A stretch of DNA of 64,000 nucleotides from IMG/VR virus record IMGVR_UViG_3300032245_001163; one strand, written 5' to 3'. Below are positions 51,608 through 60,564 of this stretch, piece after piece. The position numbers and the translations under genes were made by a program. This DNA comes from a virus. How positions within the stretch are numbered: position 1 is the stretch's first letter; every line of letters begins with the position of its first letter. The notes under the pieces were generated by a model. It was not told where the DNA came from and made no database searches. It was given only the letters and a program-made list of their open reading frames with translations.

Positions 51608-52209
51608 AACAAATATACGTTTGTGGCGATAGTTTTTGTGTGCCAGATCCTGAGTATGGTCCATGTTGGGTTGACCTGCTATCACAACACCGCACAGTGG
51701 TCAATCTAGCACAGGTCAGTGCTACCAATTTGTTGATCAGTCAGCAAGTGGATCAAGCCATTGCTGAGTCAGCAGACTTTGTGATAGTACAAGGTACCAG
51801 TTGCACACGCAGTGAAACCAGATACAACGGAAAGGTTGTGCCTTACAGTTTTCTCACCGCCAATGCTACCACTACCAAATTCAATGACCGCCAATTACGC
51901 ATCATACAGGAATATTACACAGAATTTTTTGATTTAGATTTGGCAATATATCACAATCAGTGTATAATACAAAATACTTTGCAAAAATTAATAGACAGTG
52001 GTATATCATTCCGGTTTGATCAAGGCGGGTTTGAACACGCTAAATTTGGAGCCGCACAGTCAGATTACTTTGCAAAGTTCGACAGTTATCGCAGTGCAAT
52101 AAATTTATGGGATCATGCAGACACAAGAGACTACAGACCATACTATCATATTCGTGATGCCAAAGTGCATCAACGTGTAGCACAGTATTACATCAAGGAA
52201 ACTGAATGA
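51604..52209 (+). CDS. SGNH/GDSL-like hydrolase or acyltransferase
   Basis: N-terminal YVCGDSF, VNLAQVSATN, C-terminal YH...HQRVA. Confidence 0.55.
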   Translation: MKQIYVCGDSFCVPDPEYGPCWVDLLSQHRTVVNLAQVSATNLLISQQVDQAIAESADFVIVQGTSCTRSETRYNGKVVPYSFLTANATTTKFNDRQLRIIQEYYTEFFDLDLAIYHNQCIIQNTLQKLIDSGISFRFDQGGFEHAKFGAAQSDYFAKFDSYRSAINLWDHADTRDYRPYYHIRDAKVHQRVAQYYIKETE

Positions 52210-53153
52210 AAAAAGTATTGGTATGCGGTGCAGGTGGATTTATAGGCAGTCATCTTGTGCGAAGTTTAAAAGCACAAGGGCACTATGTGGTTGGCGCTGA
52301 CCTCAAACTGCCAGAATTCAGTACAACAGGTGCAGATGAATTCTATCAAGTTGACTTGCGCAATCAGCGCCAAGTTACCAAGTTGATTACCTCGGACATG
52401 GACGAAATATATCAACTGGCAGCAGACATGGGTGGTGCAGGATTTGTGTTTGTGGGCAACAATGACGCAGACATCATGCACAACAGTGCGCTAATCAATT
52501 TGAATATCCTGCATGAGATCACATTCAAAAAGACCCCTAGGATTTTTTACAGTAGCAGTGCCTGTATGTACCCTGCACACAATCAACTAGATCCTGACAA
52601 TCCCATGATGACCGAAGCCAGTGCATACCCTGCTGATCCTGACAGTGAATACGGTTGGGAAAAGTTATTCAGTGAGCGACTGTATCAGGCATTTGCTAGA
52701 AACCACGGCATAGATGTGCGCATTGCCAGACTGCACAATGTTTTTGGTCCCGAAGGTACCTGGCAAGGCGGTAGAGAAAAAGCACCTGCTGCCTTGTGCC
52801 GCAAAGTGGCAGAGAGTTCGGGCACAGTAGATGTGTGGGGACCGGGCACACAAACACGCAGTTTCATGTACATTGATGACTGCATTGAAGGCATACACAG
52901 ACTCATGGCCAGTGATTATTCCATGCCTATCAACATAGGGTCGGATCGTATGATATCCATCAATGACTTAGTGCAATTGATTGCCAACATAGCCGGTAAA
53001 AATATAGATATCAACAACATACCTGGACCTGTGGGAGTAATGGGACGCACCAGCGACAATACGCTGATCCATCAGATACTGGGCTGGGCACCACCAGACA
53101 GTTTAGAAGCAGGTTTGGAAAAAACTTATCGCTGGATTGAGTCGCAACTATGA
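52206..53153 (+). CDS. GDP-mannose 3,5-epimerase-like NAD-dependent epimerase
   Basis: GAGGFIG, LAADMGGAGF, YSSSACMYP, YGWEK (YxxxK), GTWQGGREKAPAALCRK, all characteristic of the GME subfamily. Confidence 0.85.
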   Translation: MKKVLVCGAGGFIGSHLVRSLKAQGHYVVGADLKLPEFSTTGADEFYQVDLRNQRQVTKLITSDMDEIYQLAADMGGAGFVFVGNNDADIMHNSALINLNILHEITFKKTPRIFYSSSACMYPAHNQLDPDNPMMTEASAYPADPDSEYGWEKLFSERLYQAFARNHGIDVRIARLHNVFGPEGTWQGGREKAPAALCRKVAESSGTVDVWGPGTQTRSFMYIDDCIEGIHRLMASDYSMPINIGSDRMISINDLVQLIANIAGKNIDINNIPGPVGVMGRTSDNTLIHQILGWAPPDSLEAGLEKTYRWIESQL

Positions 53154-54427
53154 GTTTATGCATGGCACCTTGGGTGCATACTTATTTGAGTCCACTGACA
53201 GAACGGCGTATGTGCTGCGCCAGTCGTGAACCTGCACAAAACTTTCGACAATATATAGACACTGAATCAGGAAGCAATCGATATATTCCTATCACGCTGG
53301 ACGAACATTGGAACTCTCCACACATGATGAGTGTGCGTAGTAGAATGATGGCAGGTGAAACCTTGCCTGAGTGCGAAGTATGTAATGACAAACTGTTGAA
53401 CACTGACGTTTACCGTACATATTTTTGGCAGTTGTTCAAACATAAGTATCCTGACATCTGGGAAACCACAAACACAGCAGGCCGTACTACAATGCAGCCT
53501 GTGAGTTGGGATTATAGATTCTCCAACTTGTGCAATTTCAAATGTAGAACCTGCGGTGATATGTTGAGTTCAAGTTGGGAAAGTGAACAACGACAGCACA
53601 ACATGATTGAGTGGACGGATCCCAACAACAACTGGATGCGCCCTGAAGTAAGATCGGCTATCTCAGCTTTTCAAGACAGTCAGATCGAGCAAGAGTTTGC
53701 TGATGCTGTGGAACAGCATCGTGTTGAAGAAGTATATTGGGTAGGTGGCGAACCACTAATGTACGAACAACATTGGCGTTATATGAAACGCATAGTTGAA
53801 TTAGGGGATGGTCCAAAAGTATATGCTAGATACAATACAAATTTATCCAGAGTGGATTATCGAGGTGTTAACTTATATCGCGATATTCTCAGTGGGCTGC
53901 GTGATTGGCAGATATGTGCAAGTCTCGACGGCACAGGCTCAATTGGTGAATACATTAGAACAGGCCTTGAGTATGATCAATGGCTTGACCATTTCAGTCA
54001 AGCAGTTGAGATCCAACATAACAGACGTCAAGTACGAATTGACTTTACGCTCACTCTGCCCGGAATGTTCGAAATTACACGCATTAGACAACTTGCCCAA
54101 CAATTCGGAGTCGAAGTCCTTGCTAAAGTAATGTTTTCTTTTTCGCCCAACATTGTGATGAGCCCATTGGCTTTGCCTAGATCACTGTTAGAGCCTTGGA
54201 TAGATGAACTTGTACCTGAAGTGGATGGTGCTCTGCGTGATATGTTGTTGCAATTAAAAACACGGCCCACATTCGAAGAACAATGGCCAGACACTTACCG
54301 TCAAGGTCTTGTAAGTGGACGGGATCGTGTGCTACAATTAGAAAGCATACGCACACAGAAGATCACCATGGCTGAAATACTAGCTGATCGTCCTGCGGTG
54401 CTAGAATGGTGGAACAACATTGCTTGA
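53150..54427 (+). CDS. Radical SAM enzyme with N-terminal twitch/SPASM-like domain
   Basis: CMAPW...RRMCC...CEVC; CNFKCRTC; VGGEPL; YNTN. Confidence 0.88.
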   Translation: MSLCMAPWVHTYLSPLTERRMCCASREPAQNFRQYIDTESGSNRYIPITLDEHWNSPHMMSVRSRMMAGETLPECEVCNDKLLNTDVYRTYFWQLFKHKYPDIWETTNTAGRTTMQPVSWDYRFSNLCNFKCRTCGDMLSSSWESEQRQHNMIEWTDPNNNWMRPEVRSAISAFQDSQIEQEFADAVEQHRVEEVYWVGGEPLMYEQHWRYMKRIVELGDGPKVYARYNTNLSRVDYRGVNLYRDILSGLRDWQICASLDGTGSIGEYIRTGLEYDQWLDHFSQAVEIQHNRRQVRIDFTLTLPGMFEITRIRQLAQQFGVEVLAKVMFSFSPNIVMSPLALPRSLLEPWIDELVPEVDGALRDMLLQLKTRPTFEEQWPDTYRQGLVSGRDRVLQLESIRTQKITMAEILADRPAVLEWWNNIA

Positions 54428-55445
54428 TAGAATTGAAATAGATCTGCGCGGAGCAGACACACTTACACTGCACATAGATGTTGCAGACAACAGCCTTAGT
54501 CGTAAATGGCTGACAGCGTTAAACAACATCATCCGCAACAACCTACACTTGGAAAAAAACTACTGCTGGATGGGCTGGACAGAAAGTGAACGCAATGCTG
54601 AATATATCATTGATCAAATCAATACCAGCATCTCTGCAATTAACTCTGCCAACTTGGGTTATACCATCAACGATCATTTTACTGTAGCAGAAACCATACA
54701 AGACAATTTGGATGTTGACCATGAGCGTATGAATTGGTTGCATCGTTATTTTGAAGATCTGCAAGGACACTCGGGACACATGAGTCCGTATTGGCAACAA
54801 GCAGATACTGCCACACGCTGGCACATACGTCAACTGAACTTGTTGTGCCACGAATACGAAAGTCTTGTGCTGAGCATGCGCAAGGTCTTGCAAGCACCCG
54901 AGTGGCGCAGACCCAGCCAACTCATGTGCTGGCTCAATGCACCACGTTTTGCATTGGACACAGAAGATTATGAACTGTTTGGAATAGAAACAATCAACAG
55001 ACAAATGGGCGGAGTTTATGTGGGTGTGAACAAAGCAGTGGGCAAAGCACACTGGGAAGTTTTCAATGACGAAGGTCGCAGTGTGGATGAATTAATAACC
55101 ACTGGCATGCGCAATCAAACTGAGGCCGCTGGCGATTTTGATGTTGAGTGGGCACGTGATCCTGGTGCATATCATTGGCAAATTAAGAAGTTAGCTGATT
55201 TTCGTGTCTGGTTGATCAACAATGGATTTGATCCTGAAGACCGTAGTTTAACTATTGGTCATCCCAAAGTGGCACAAGTCAATTTGACCAAATCGTTTGG
55301 TACATTAGACTACAATCAAATTTGGCAACAACTTTCTGCTTGCCTCGACGTATATAAAATACGCACCAGCGACGCTGAAGCTACATATGAATATCGCTGG
55401 AGTGATCCAGACTATGCTGATCAGCAAATAAGGAGACTGACATGA
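54420..55445 (+). CDS. Hypothetical protein in the tailoring operon
   Basis: 341-aa ORF overlapping both neighbours; LHRYFE and LCHEYE helical motifs; no family recognised. Confidence 0.7.
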   Translation: MLDRIEIDLRGADTLTLHIDVADNSLSRKWLTALNNIIRNNLHLEKNYCWMGWTESERNAEYIIDQINTSISAINSANLGYTINDHFTVAETIQDNLDVDHERMNWLHRYFEDLQGHSGHMSPYWQQADTATRWHIRQLNLLCHEYESLVLSMRKVLQAPEWRRPSQLMCWLNAPRFALDTEDYELFGIETINRQMGGVYVGVNKAVGKAHWEVFNDEGRSVDELITTGMRNQTEAAGDFDVEWARDPGAYHWQIKKLADFRVWLINNGFDPEDRSLTIGHPKVAQVNLTKSFGTLDYNQIWQQLSACLDVYKIRTSDAEATYEYRWSDPDYADQQIRRLT

Positions 55446-55543
55446 AATGGCTAAGAAGAATGTGGGACAGAATTACACTGGAAATACGCTATCGTAAAAA
55501 ATTACGTGAACTTCGCAAACGAGATCCATTTATCTACAAATGA
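55442..55543 (+). CDS. 33-aa basic peptide preceding the carbamoyltransferase (not in ORF track)
   Basis: MKWLRRMWDRITLEIRYRKKLRELRKRDPFIYK; AAGGAG RBS; ATGA overlaps at both ends. Confidence 0.78.
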   Translation: MKWLRRMWDRITLEIRYRKKLRELRKRDPFIYK

Positions 55544-57027
55544 ATATATTGGGCATCAGTGCTGGCTTTCATGACGCCGCAGCCACAGTAATCAATCGCT
55601 CTGGTGATATATTGTTCGCCGGTCATGCAGAACGTTATAGCAAATGCAAAAATGACGCTGACTTTGACAGCGCATTTGTACGTGAACTAGAACGCTACAA
55701 TCCCATTGATACTGTGGCTTATTACGAACGTCCTTGGGCCAAACAACTGCGACAGTTGTATGCTGGACAAGGCATAGAGTGGGATAAACTAAGAGTAAAA
55801 AGCATAGTGCATCAACAGATAGGCCATGCCAACTGGTGGGATATTCAACACTATCACAATTACAATCATCATTTATCACATGCAGCCGGCGGATTTCAAA
55901 CTTCACCGTTTGATCGCGCCACAGTTGTGGTAATTGATGCCATAGGCGAGTGGGACACAATATCAATCTGGGGAGCAGAGTATGACGGAAAAGGACGAGC
56001 AAGATACCGGCGACTATGGGGACAACGATACCCTCACAGCCTGGGTCTCTTTTATAGTGCAATTACTAAGCGTGTGGGCCTACACCCACTAGACGAAGAA
56101 TACATCACCATGGGCATGGCTGCTTATGGCGATGATCATTATCATGATCTCATGGAAGCAGTGCTGATCAGTGATCCCACTACTGCGGAGTTCAAACAAA
56201 ACTTACACGCCGGAGTCAGCGATACTTTTATGGGCGGATTGGATGATGTGGACATCGCTGCTGCCGCTCAACGAATGTTAGAACGCTTGATAGGCAATAT
56301 CATGCGTCGGGCCAGAGACTTTGGTTGGAGCACTAATCTTGTGTATCAAGGTGGTGTTGCACTCAACTGCTTGGCCAATAGACGACTAGGAAAATATTTT
56401 GAAAACATCTGGATCATGCCCAACCCCGGCGACGCTGGTTCAAGCCTTGGCGCCGCTGCCCTTGCGTATGGTAAAAGGCTGCATTGGAATAATGCTTACC
56501 TTGGTTATAATATCCCTGGCTCTTATCCTGTTGACAATCTTGTCCGCGGTTTACTTCACGATCGTATTGTTGGGGTGGCTAGTGGGCGTGCCGAATTTGG
56601 GCCTAGAGCTTTGGGAAATAGGAGCCTACTCGCGGACCCGAGAGGGCCAGAAATAAAAGCACAGGTAAATGCGATCAAACGTAGACAACAATTCAGACCC
56701 TTTGCGCCGGTCATACTGGCTGAACTAGCCAATGACTACTTTGACATGCAGTCTGGCTGGCATACTCACAGTTATATGCAGTCAGTCGCTCGTTGCCGCC
56801 AACCTGACGTTTACCCTGCTATATGTCATGTTGATGGTACCAGTAGAGTACAAACAGTGGGGGCGGATGGATCAGGAATAAGACAGTTATTGGAAGCATG
56901 GTATGCTCGAACAGGTTGCCCTATGTTGCTCAACACCAGTTTGAACATACGTGGCGAACCCATGGTCAACAATCGTGCGGATGCTGATCGTTTTGAAACA
57001 CTGTATGGTGTAAAGGTATATTCATGA
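55540..57027 (+). CDS. Carbamoyltransferase, CmcH/NodU/TobZ family
   Basis: ILGISAGFHDAAA, HHLSHAA, IDAIGE, GGVALNC, GDAGSSLGAA, EFGPRALGNRS, FRPFAP, HVDGTSRVQTV, LNTSLN. Confidence 0.95.
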   Translation: MNILGISAGFHDAAATVINRSGDILFAGHAERYSKCKNDADFDSAFVRELERYNPIDTVAYYERPWAKQLRQLYAGQGIEWDKLRVKSIVHQQIGHANWWDIQHYHNYNHHLSHAAGGFQTSPFDRATVVVIDAIGEWDTISIWGAEYDGKGRARYRRLWGQRYPHSLGLFYSAITKRVGLHPLDEEYITMGMAAYGDDHYHDLMEAVLISDPTTAEFKQNLHAGVSDTFMGGLDDVDIAAAAQRMLERLIGNIMRRARDFGWSTNLVYQGGVALNCLANRRLGKYFENIWIMPNPGDAGSSLGAAALAYGKRLHWNNAYLGYNIPGSYPVDNLVRGLLHDRIVGVASGRAEFGPRALGNRSLLADPRGPEIKAQVNAIKRRQQFRPFAPVILAELANDYFDMQSGWHTHSYMQSVARCRQPDVYPAICHVDGTSRVQTVGADGSGIRQLLEAWYARTGCPMLLNTSLNIRGEPMVNNRADADRFETLYGVKVYS

Positions 57028-57251
57028 AACCAGCAAGAGAACACCTGAACGATTCGCAAATGGGATATTGGACACATCTGGCTCACAGTTTCCGACAAAG
57101 CAACAGGCTAGTGATTATTGCTGTCAAAAGTTATATACATGGCGTGTTGCCTTGGTTCTATGCCAGCGAAGGTCCTGTGGGCGTGTTCAAAATTTACAGA
57201 GAAATACGCCAACAGCGGCACATTAGAAAAATACTAGACAGTCAGAGATAA
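57024..57251 (+). CDS. Small protein, DUF6356-like
   Basis: REHL...MGYWTHL...IHGVLPWFY pattern; ATGA overlap with the carbamoyltransferase. Confidence 0.55.
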   Translation: MKPAREHLNDSQMGYWTHLAHSFRQSNRLVIIAVKSYIHGVLPWFYASEGPVGVFKIYREIRQQRHIRKILDSQR

Positions 57252-58282
57252 GTCTCCAATCCACCCCTGCGTCGGATGTCTTGTGTACAGCAACTAATAC
57301 CACCATCCCAGAAGTATGAATGACGTAGTTCACTGATGATAGGTTCAATTCGGTGCTTGCGGCAGTAGTCAAACACTTCTTTGTTGTATGCTGAGAAGAT
57401 AACATGCGACTCATCCAATACCAAACAGTTGACATCAAACACAGTTTCAGCAACAAAGCCAGTCCACTTGGTCAAGTAAGTGTTCACAAAGTCTGTGAAT
57501 TCTGGTGTAGGCGTTTGTCCTTGTACATACCAAGCACCTGGGCTTTGTTCATACTTGAACTTGCCCACTTCCATGGCAGCCCAGATACTGCTATCCCAAA
57601 TCTTACAAACATCCCACCCAGGAAAGTCTCCAGCAAGATTCAAGTTTACATCATGTTTGCTGGATAACAGCACACCAGGCTTGAGTATGGCAAACACCGC
57701 ATCGCCGTGTCCGTCTGTGATGGCTTCATGTATGCGATACTCTGGACCTAGTACATTATCCACAATCCAACGAGTTTGATCTGGACGCAAGAAGTCTGAG
57801 TTGTCAAAGAAAACATCACGACCCACACGCACAATGCATGACGCCGATGCTTGATTGAGAATGCAGTTCTCATCCCAACCTGTGGGACCGTGTGGATTGA
57901 TCACACTGCCTGGTTGCGCTGCTTCATATTCAGCACACAAGCTGTCAAGTTCTGGCATGGACAACACACGTAGCAGTTTATCGCCTAGTGTAATTTGCCA
58001 GTCTCGTGGAGTAAGAGGTGGCAGTGGTGCACCTTCTCCGTGCATCTGACTTTGCTGAAACCAATTTTTATCAGGCAGCCCGGGTCTGCGTACCCGAGCA
58101 CCATATGTCTCAATGGTCTTTTGCAAGTTAGTCAAATCTTCTTCTGTTTCAGAGAGAATCTGTTGCAGTTGATTACGCACTTGTGCGTTTTCAATAAAGT
58201 CAAAATAGTCAGGCGTGTATGCACGACCCACAATGACTTCTTCTAAAGGTTGCCAGCTGGTGTAAGAGTTAATGGTGTTCAT
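57242..58282 (-). CDS. Amidinotransferase (glycine / inosamine-phosphate amidinotransferase family)
   Basis: NSYTSWQPLEEVIVGR, TPRD, GHGDAVF, FDVNCL, FWDGGISCCTQDIRR; pentein-fold Asp/His/Cys pattern. Confidence 0.85.
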   Translation of the reverse strand: MNTINSYTSWQPLEEVIVGRAYTPDYFDFIENAQVRNQLQQILSETEEDLTNLQKTIETYGARVRRPGLPDKNWFQQSQMHGEGAPLPPLTPRDWQITLGDKLLRVLSMPELDSLCAEYEAAQPGSVINPHGPTGWDENCILNQASASCIVRVGRDVFFDNSDFLRPDQTRWIVDNVLGPEYRIHEAITDGHGDAVFAILKPGVLLSSKHDVNLNLAGDFPGWDVCKIWDSSIWAAMEVGKFKYEQSPGAWYVQGQTPTPEFTDFVNTYLTKWTGFVAETVFDVNCLVLDESHVIFSAYNKEVFDYCRKHRIEPIISELRHSYFWDGGISCCTQDIRRRGGLETYL

Positions 58283-59420
58283 TGATGTCCTTGATCAATC
58301 TATTTAAACGGTCAGCTTTGTTGCTGACAAATAACTGTTGGTTGTGTTCTATGTCTGCACGACACAGTTTGAACAGTTGCGGCAAATCAAATCTAGCAAA
58401 ATAAATGGCTCGAGTCAGCGCACGCCAGCGTTTTGTAGCATCAATTTCCAAATCATAATGATTGTCCAATATTGAATCAAACACTCGATATCCCAAATCT
58501 CGTAGTACTTGTAAACTGCCAGCAGGCCCTGCTATAAAAAACAGTTGTCCATGTTTGATGGGCTTGAACGTTTTTTCAGTTAGAAACGTACCTCCGCCAA
58601 TGTCAAAGTGTGTTTCCATTACAATGTTGCAATAACTGTTGACATGATATTTTGGCACCAACGTGCTGTGATCGTTGCGTTGATCAAAATCCAACTCGTC
58701 GCTGATATACGGAGCTGACCTTAAAAACTGTTCAGTTCTTGTACGCAATCCAGAGATAGTATCAATCTCAATGGGATTGTCATTGTCCAATTCCCCAGTT
58801 TCGCAATAACTCCAATAGGAATTGTCCAGTATTCCGTTGTGTCGCAAATCTGTCATAGCGGTGGCACGCCATGATTTGTGTAATCTGTTGAGCACAGTAA
58901 AGTCGAGTTGTCTTGGTTCATGGTGGATCTTCAGTGGACGACTTGCACGGTTGCGCTGATAGTACCAAAGCTCAAAGTCTGCAAAGTACACAAAATTTTC
59001 TAAATTTTTAGCAGCGGTGTTGCCACTGACAAATACATAGCAAGTATTGTGCAGTCCATGCTCACTGCACAAACTGTCTAGCCGTTGTTTAATTTCTGCA
59101 GGATTGTCGCCTTCGTGATAATAAAACAACAACTTAAAGTCTCCAAGACCTAATCGATCACGCACTCGAACAGGCAGCAGATCAATGTAGTCAATGGAGA
59201 AATCAAAAAATCCTATGCCAATGGGATAAAATGTATTTGGAGGAAATTGTTCTTCAATGCTGTAAACAGTTAATGGTACACCATGTTCCATACAATACTC
59301 TTGTAATCGCAAAGGCACTGTGTAAGGATAATGACGATCAAAGTCGCGGCTCTGTGTCTGAGCTAATGCAGGATATATTTTGCCTTTAACTATTTGGTCC
59401 GCTATTAAATTTAATGTCAT
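58269..59420 (-). CDS. GT10-like ('TEK' motif) glycosyltransferase-like protein
   Basis: FTVLNR...WR, YCNIVMET...FLTEKTFKPIKHGQLFFIAG, LRDLGYRVFD. Confidence 0.58.
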   Translation of the reverse strand: MTLNLIADQIVKGKIYPALAQTQSRDFDRHYPYTVPLRLQEYCMEHGVPLTVYSIEEQFPPNTFYPIGIGFFDFSIDYIDLLPVRVRDRLGLGDFKLLFYYHEGDNPAEIKQRLDSLCSEHGLHNTCYVFVSGNTAAKNLENFVYFADFELWYYQRNRASRPLKIHHEPRQLDFTVLNRLHKSWRATAMTDLRHNGILDNSYWSYCETGELDNDNPIEIDTISGLRTRTEQFLRSAPYISDELDFDQRNDHSTLVPKYHVNSYCNIVMETHFDIGGGTFLTEKTFKPIKHGQLFFIAGPAGSLQVLRDLGYRVFDSILDNHYDLEIDATKRWRALTRAIYFARFDLPQLFKLCRADIEHNQQLFVSNKADRLNRLIKDINEHH

Positions 59421-60564
59421 TTAACATGTCCTTTAGCTCTTGCCACAGAATCTGTTCAAAGCCACCATTATAAAAATGATTCCAGTTGTGTTGGATAATT
59501 TCCTGGGCAGAATCAAATATAGCTTGACGATATTCTCCCAAGTCATCCAGCAGTTTTAGTGTGTGTGCAATCTTCTCTATACGTTTGGAATCATCGGGCT
59601 CATCATCATAACTTTCGTCCCACAAATCGCCAAATGTTTTGAATCCATAACTACGCAAATATTTCAAACTGCCCTGGGTGCCCACTATGATAAATGGCAT
59701 GCCCATGGCAATGGGTTTGAAAGTCTTTTCAGTTAAATGATGTCTGCGTCCTGTGGCCACAGTCTCAGTAACCAAGTATAACAAACTTTCAGCACTCTGG
59801 TCAAACAAACTGAGCCAACAACTGTGCATGGGATGATCAGTTTCTCCTGCAAAGTTTAACGGCAATGGCTGTTCGGCAAACACAGCGCCAATGTCTGAAT
59901 ACTTCTTTTTAAGTGGTGCAATAGCGTCATGAATTGAAATATTTTCTGCAGGACACACACTGGGGCATGATATGTGATTGTCAGTCATGCCCAGTTTGAA
60001 TATCCAATACAGCATTTCTAATCTGTGCTGACGTTCTCCAGCAACAATACGATTGGGTGCTAGGAAAGTCTTGCTGATAGTTCTTTGTTGCCAAGGAGTA
60101 ATCAAAAAAGTTCGATCGTAGCCGCGATACCAATCCAATGCCGCCCATCCATGAAAGAAATAATAATAACTTTCCCAGTTATATTTTTTACACACAGCAT
60201 CGACTGCATCACTGTCTCGTTCGCTGGTAATCAGTGCACCTATTTTTATGTCTTTTAAAGATTTTGCATATCCAGCATCGATTGCTATTCGATTTACTTG
60301 ATTTCGCAAATCAATATCACGATGTATATCACTGTTGTGTTGTAGCATCTGATCAAATGTGGGCAGATGTACGTTCAAATGAATAGGCTCTTGGTCCCAC
60401 AATAGTGTATAATTGTGTTCAACTAGGTCATCGCTGCCATAATTAACTAAGCTATCAGGATCTGTTCGACCAAATGGATCACACCACCATAGTCGCACAC
60501 CTGGATGATGTTGACGAAGCCAAGGCCAGAATGTGTTGTTGTAAATCTCATCTATTCTAATCAT
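59386..60564 (-). CDS. GT10-like ('TEK' motif) glycosyltransferase-like protein
   Basis: FLAPNR...HR, LYLVTET...HLTEKTFKPIAMGMPFIIVG, LRSYGFKTFGDLWDESYD. Confidence 0.6.
   Translation of the reverse strand: MIRIDEIYNNTFWPWLRQHHPGVRLWWCDPFGRTDPDSLVNYGSDDLVEHNYTLLWDQEPIHLNVHLPTFDQMLQHNSDIHRDIDLRNQVNRIAIDAGYAKSLKDIKIGALITSERDSDAVDAVCKKYNWESYYYFFHGWAALDWYRGYDRTFLITPWQQRTISKTFLAPNRIVAGERQHRLEMLYWIFKLGMTDNHISCPSVCPAENISIHDAIAPLKKKYSDIGAVFAEQPLPLNFAGETDHPMHSCWLSLFDQSAESLLYLVTETVATGRRHHLTEKTFKPIAMGMPFIIVGTQGSLKYLRSYGFKTFGDLWDESYDDEPDDSKRIEKIAHTLKLLDDLGEYRQAIFDSAQEIIQHNWNHFYNGGFEQILWQELKDMLNDIKFNSGPNS

Noticed and set aside
41920-54427. Interpretation as a MoaA/PqqE/NrdG cofactor pathway or 7-deazaguanine (QueE) system
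   Set aside because: No partner genes (moaC, pqq, nrdD, queC/queD/folE, dpdA) in the window; the domain order differs and the context is sugar enzymes.
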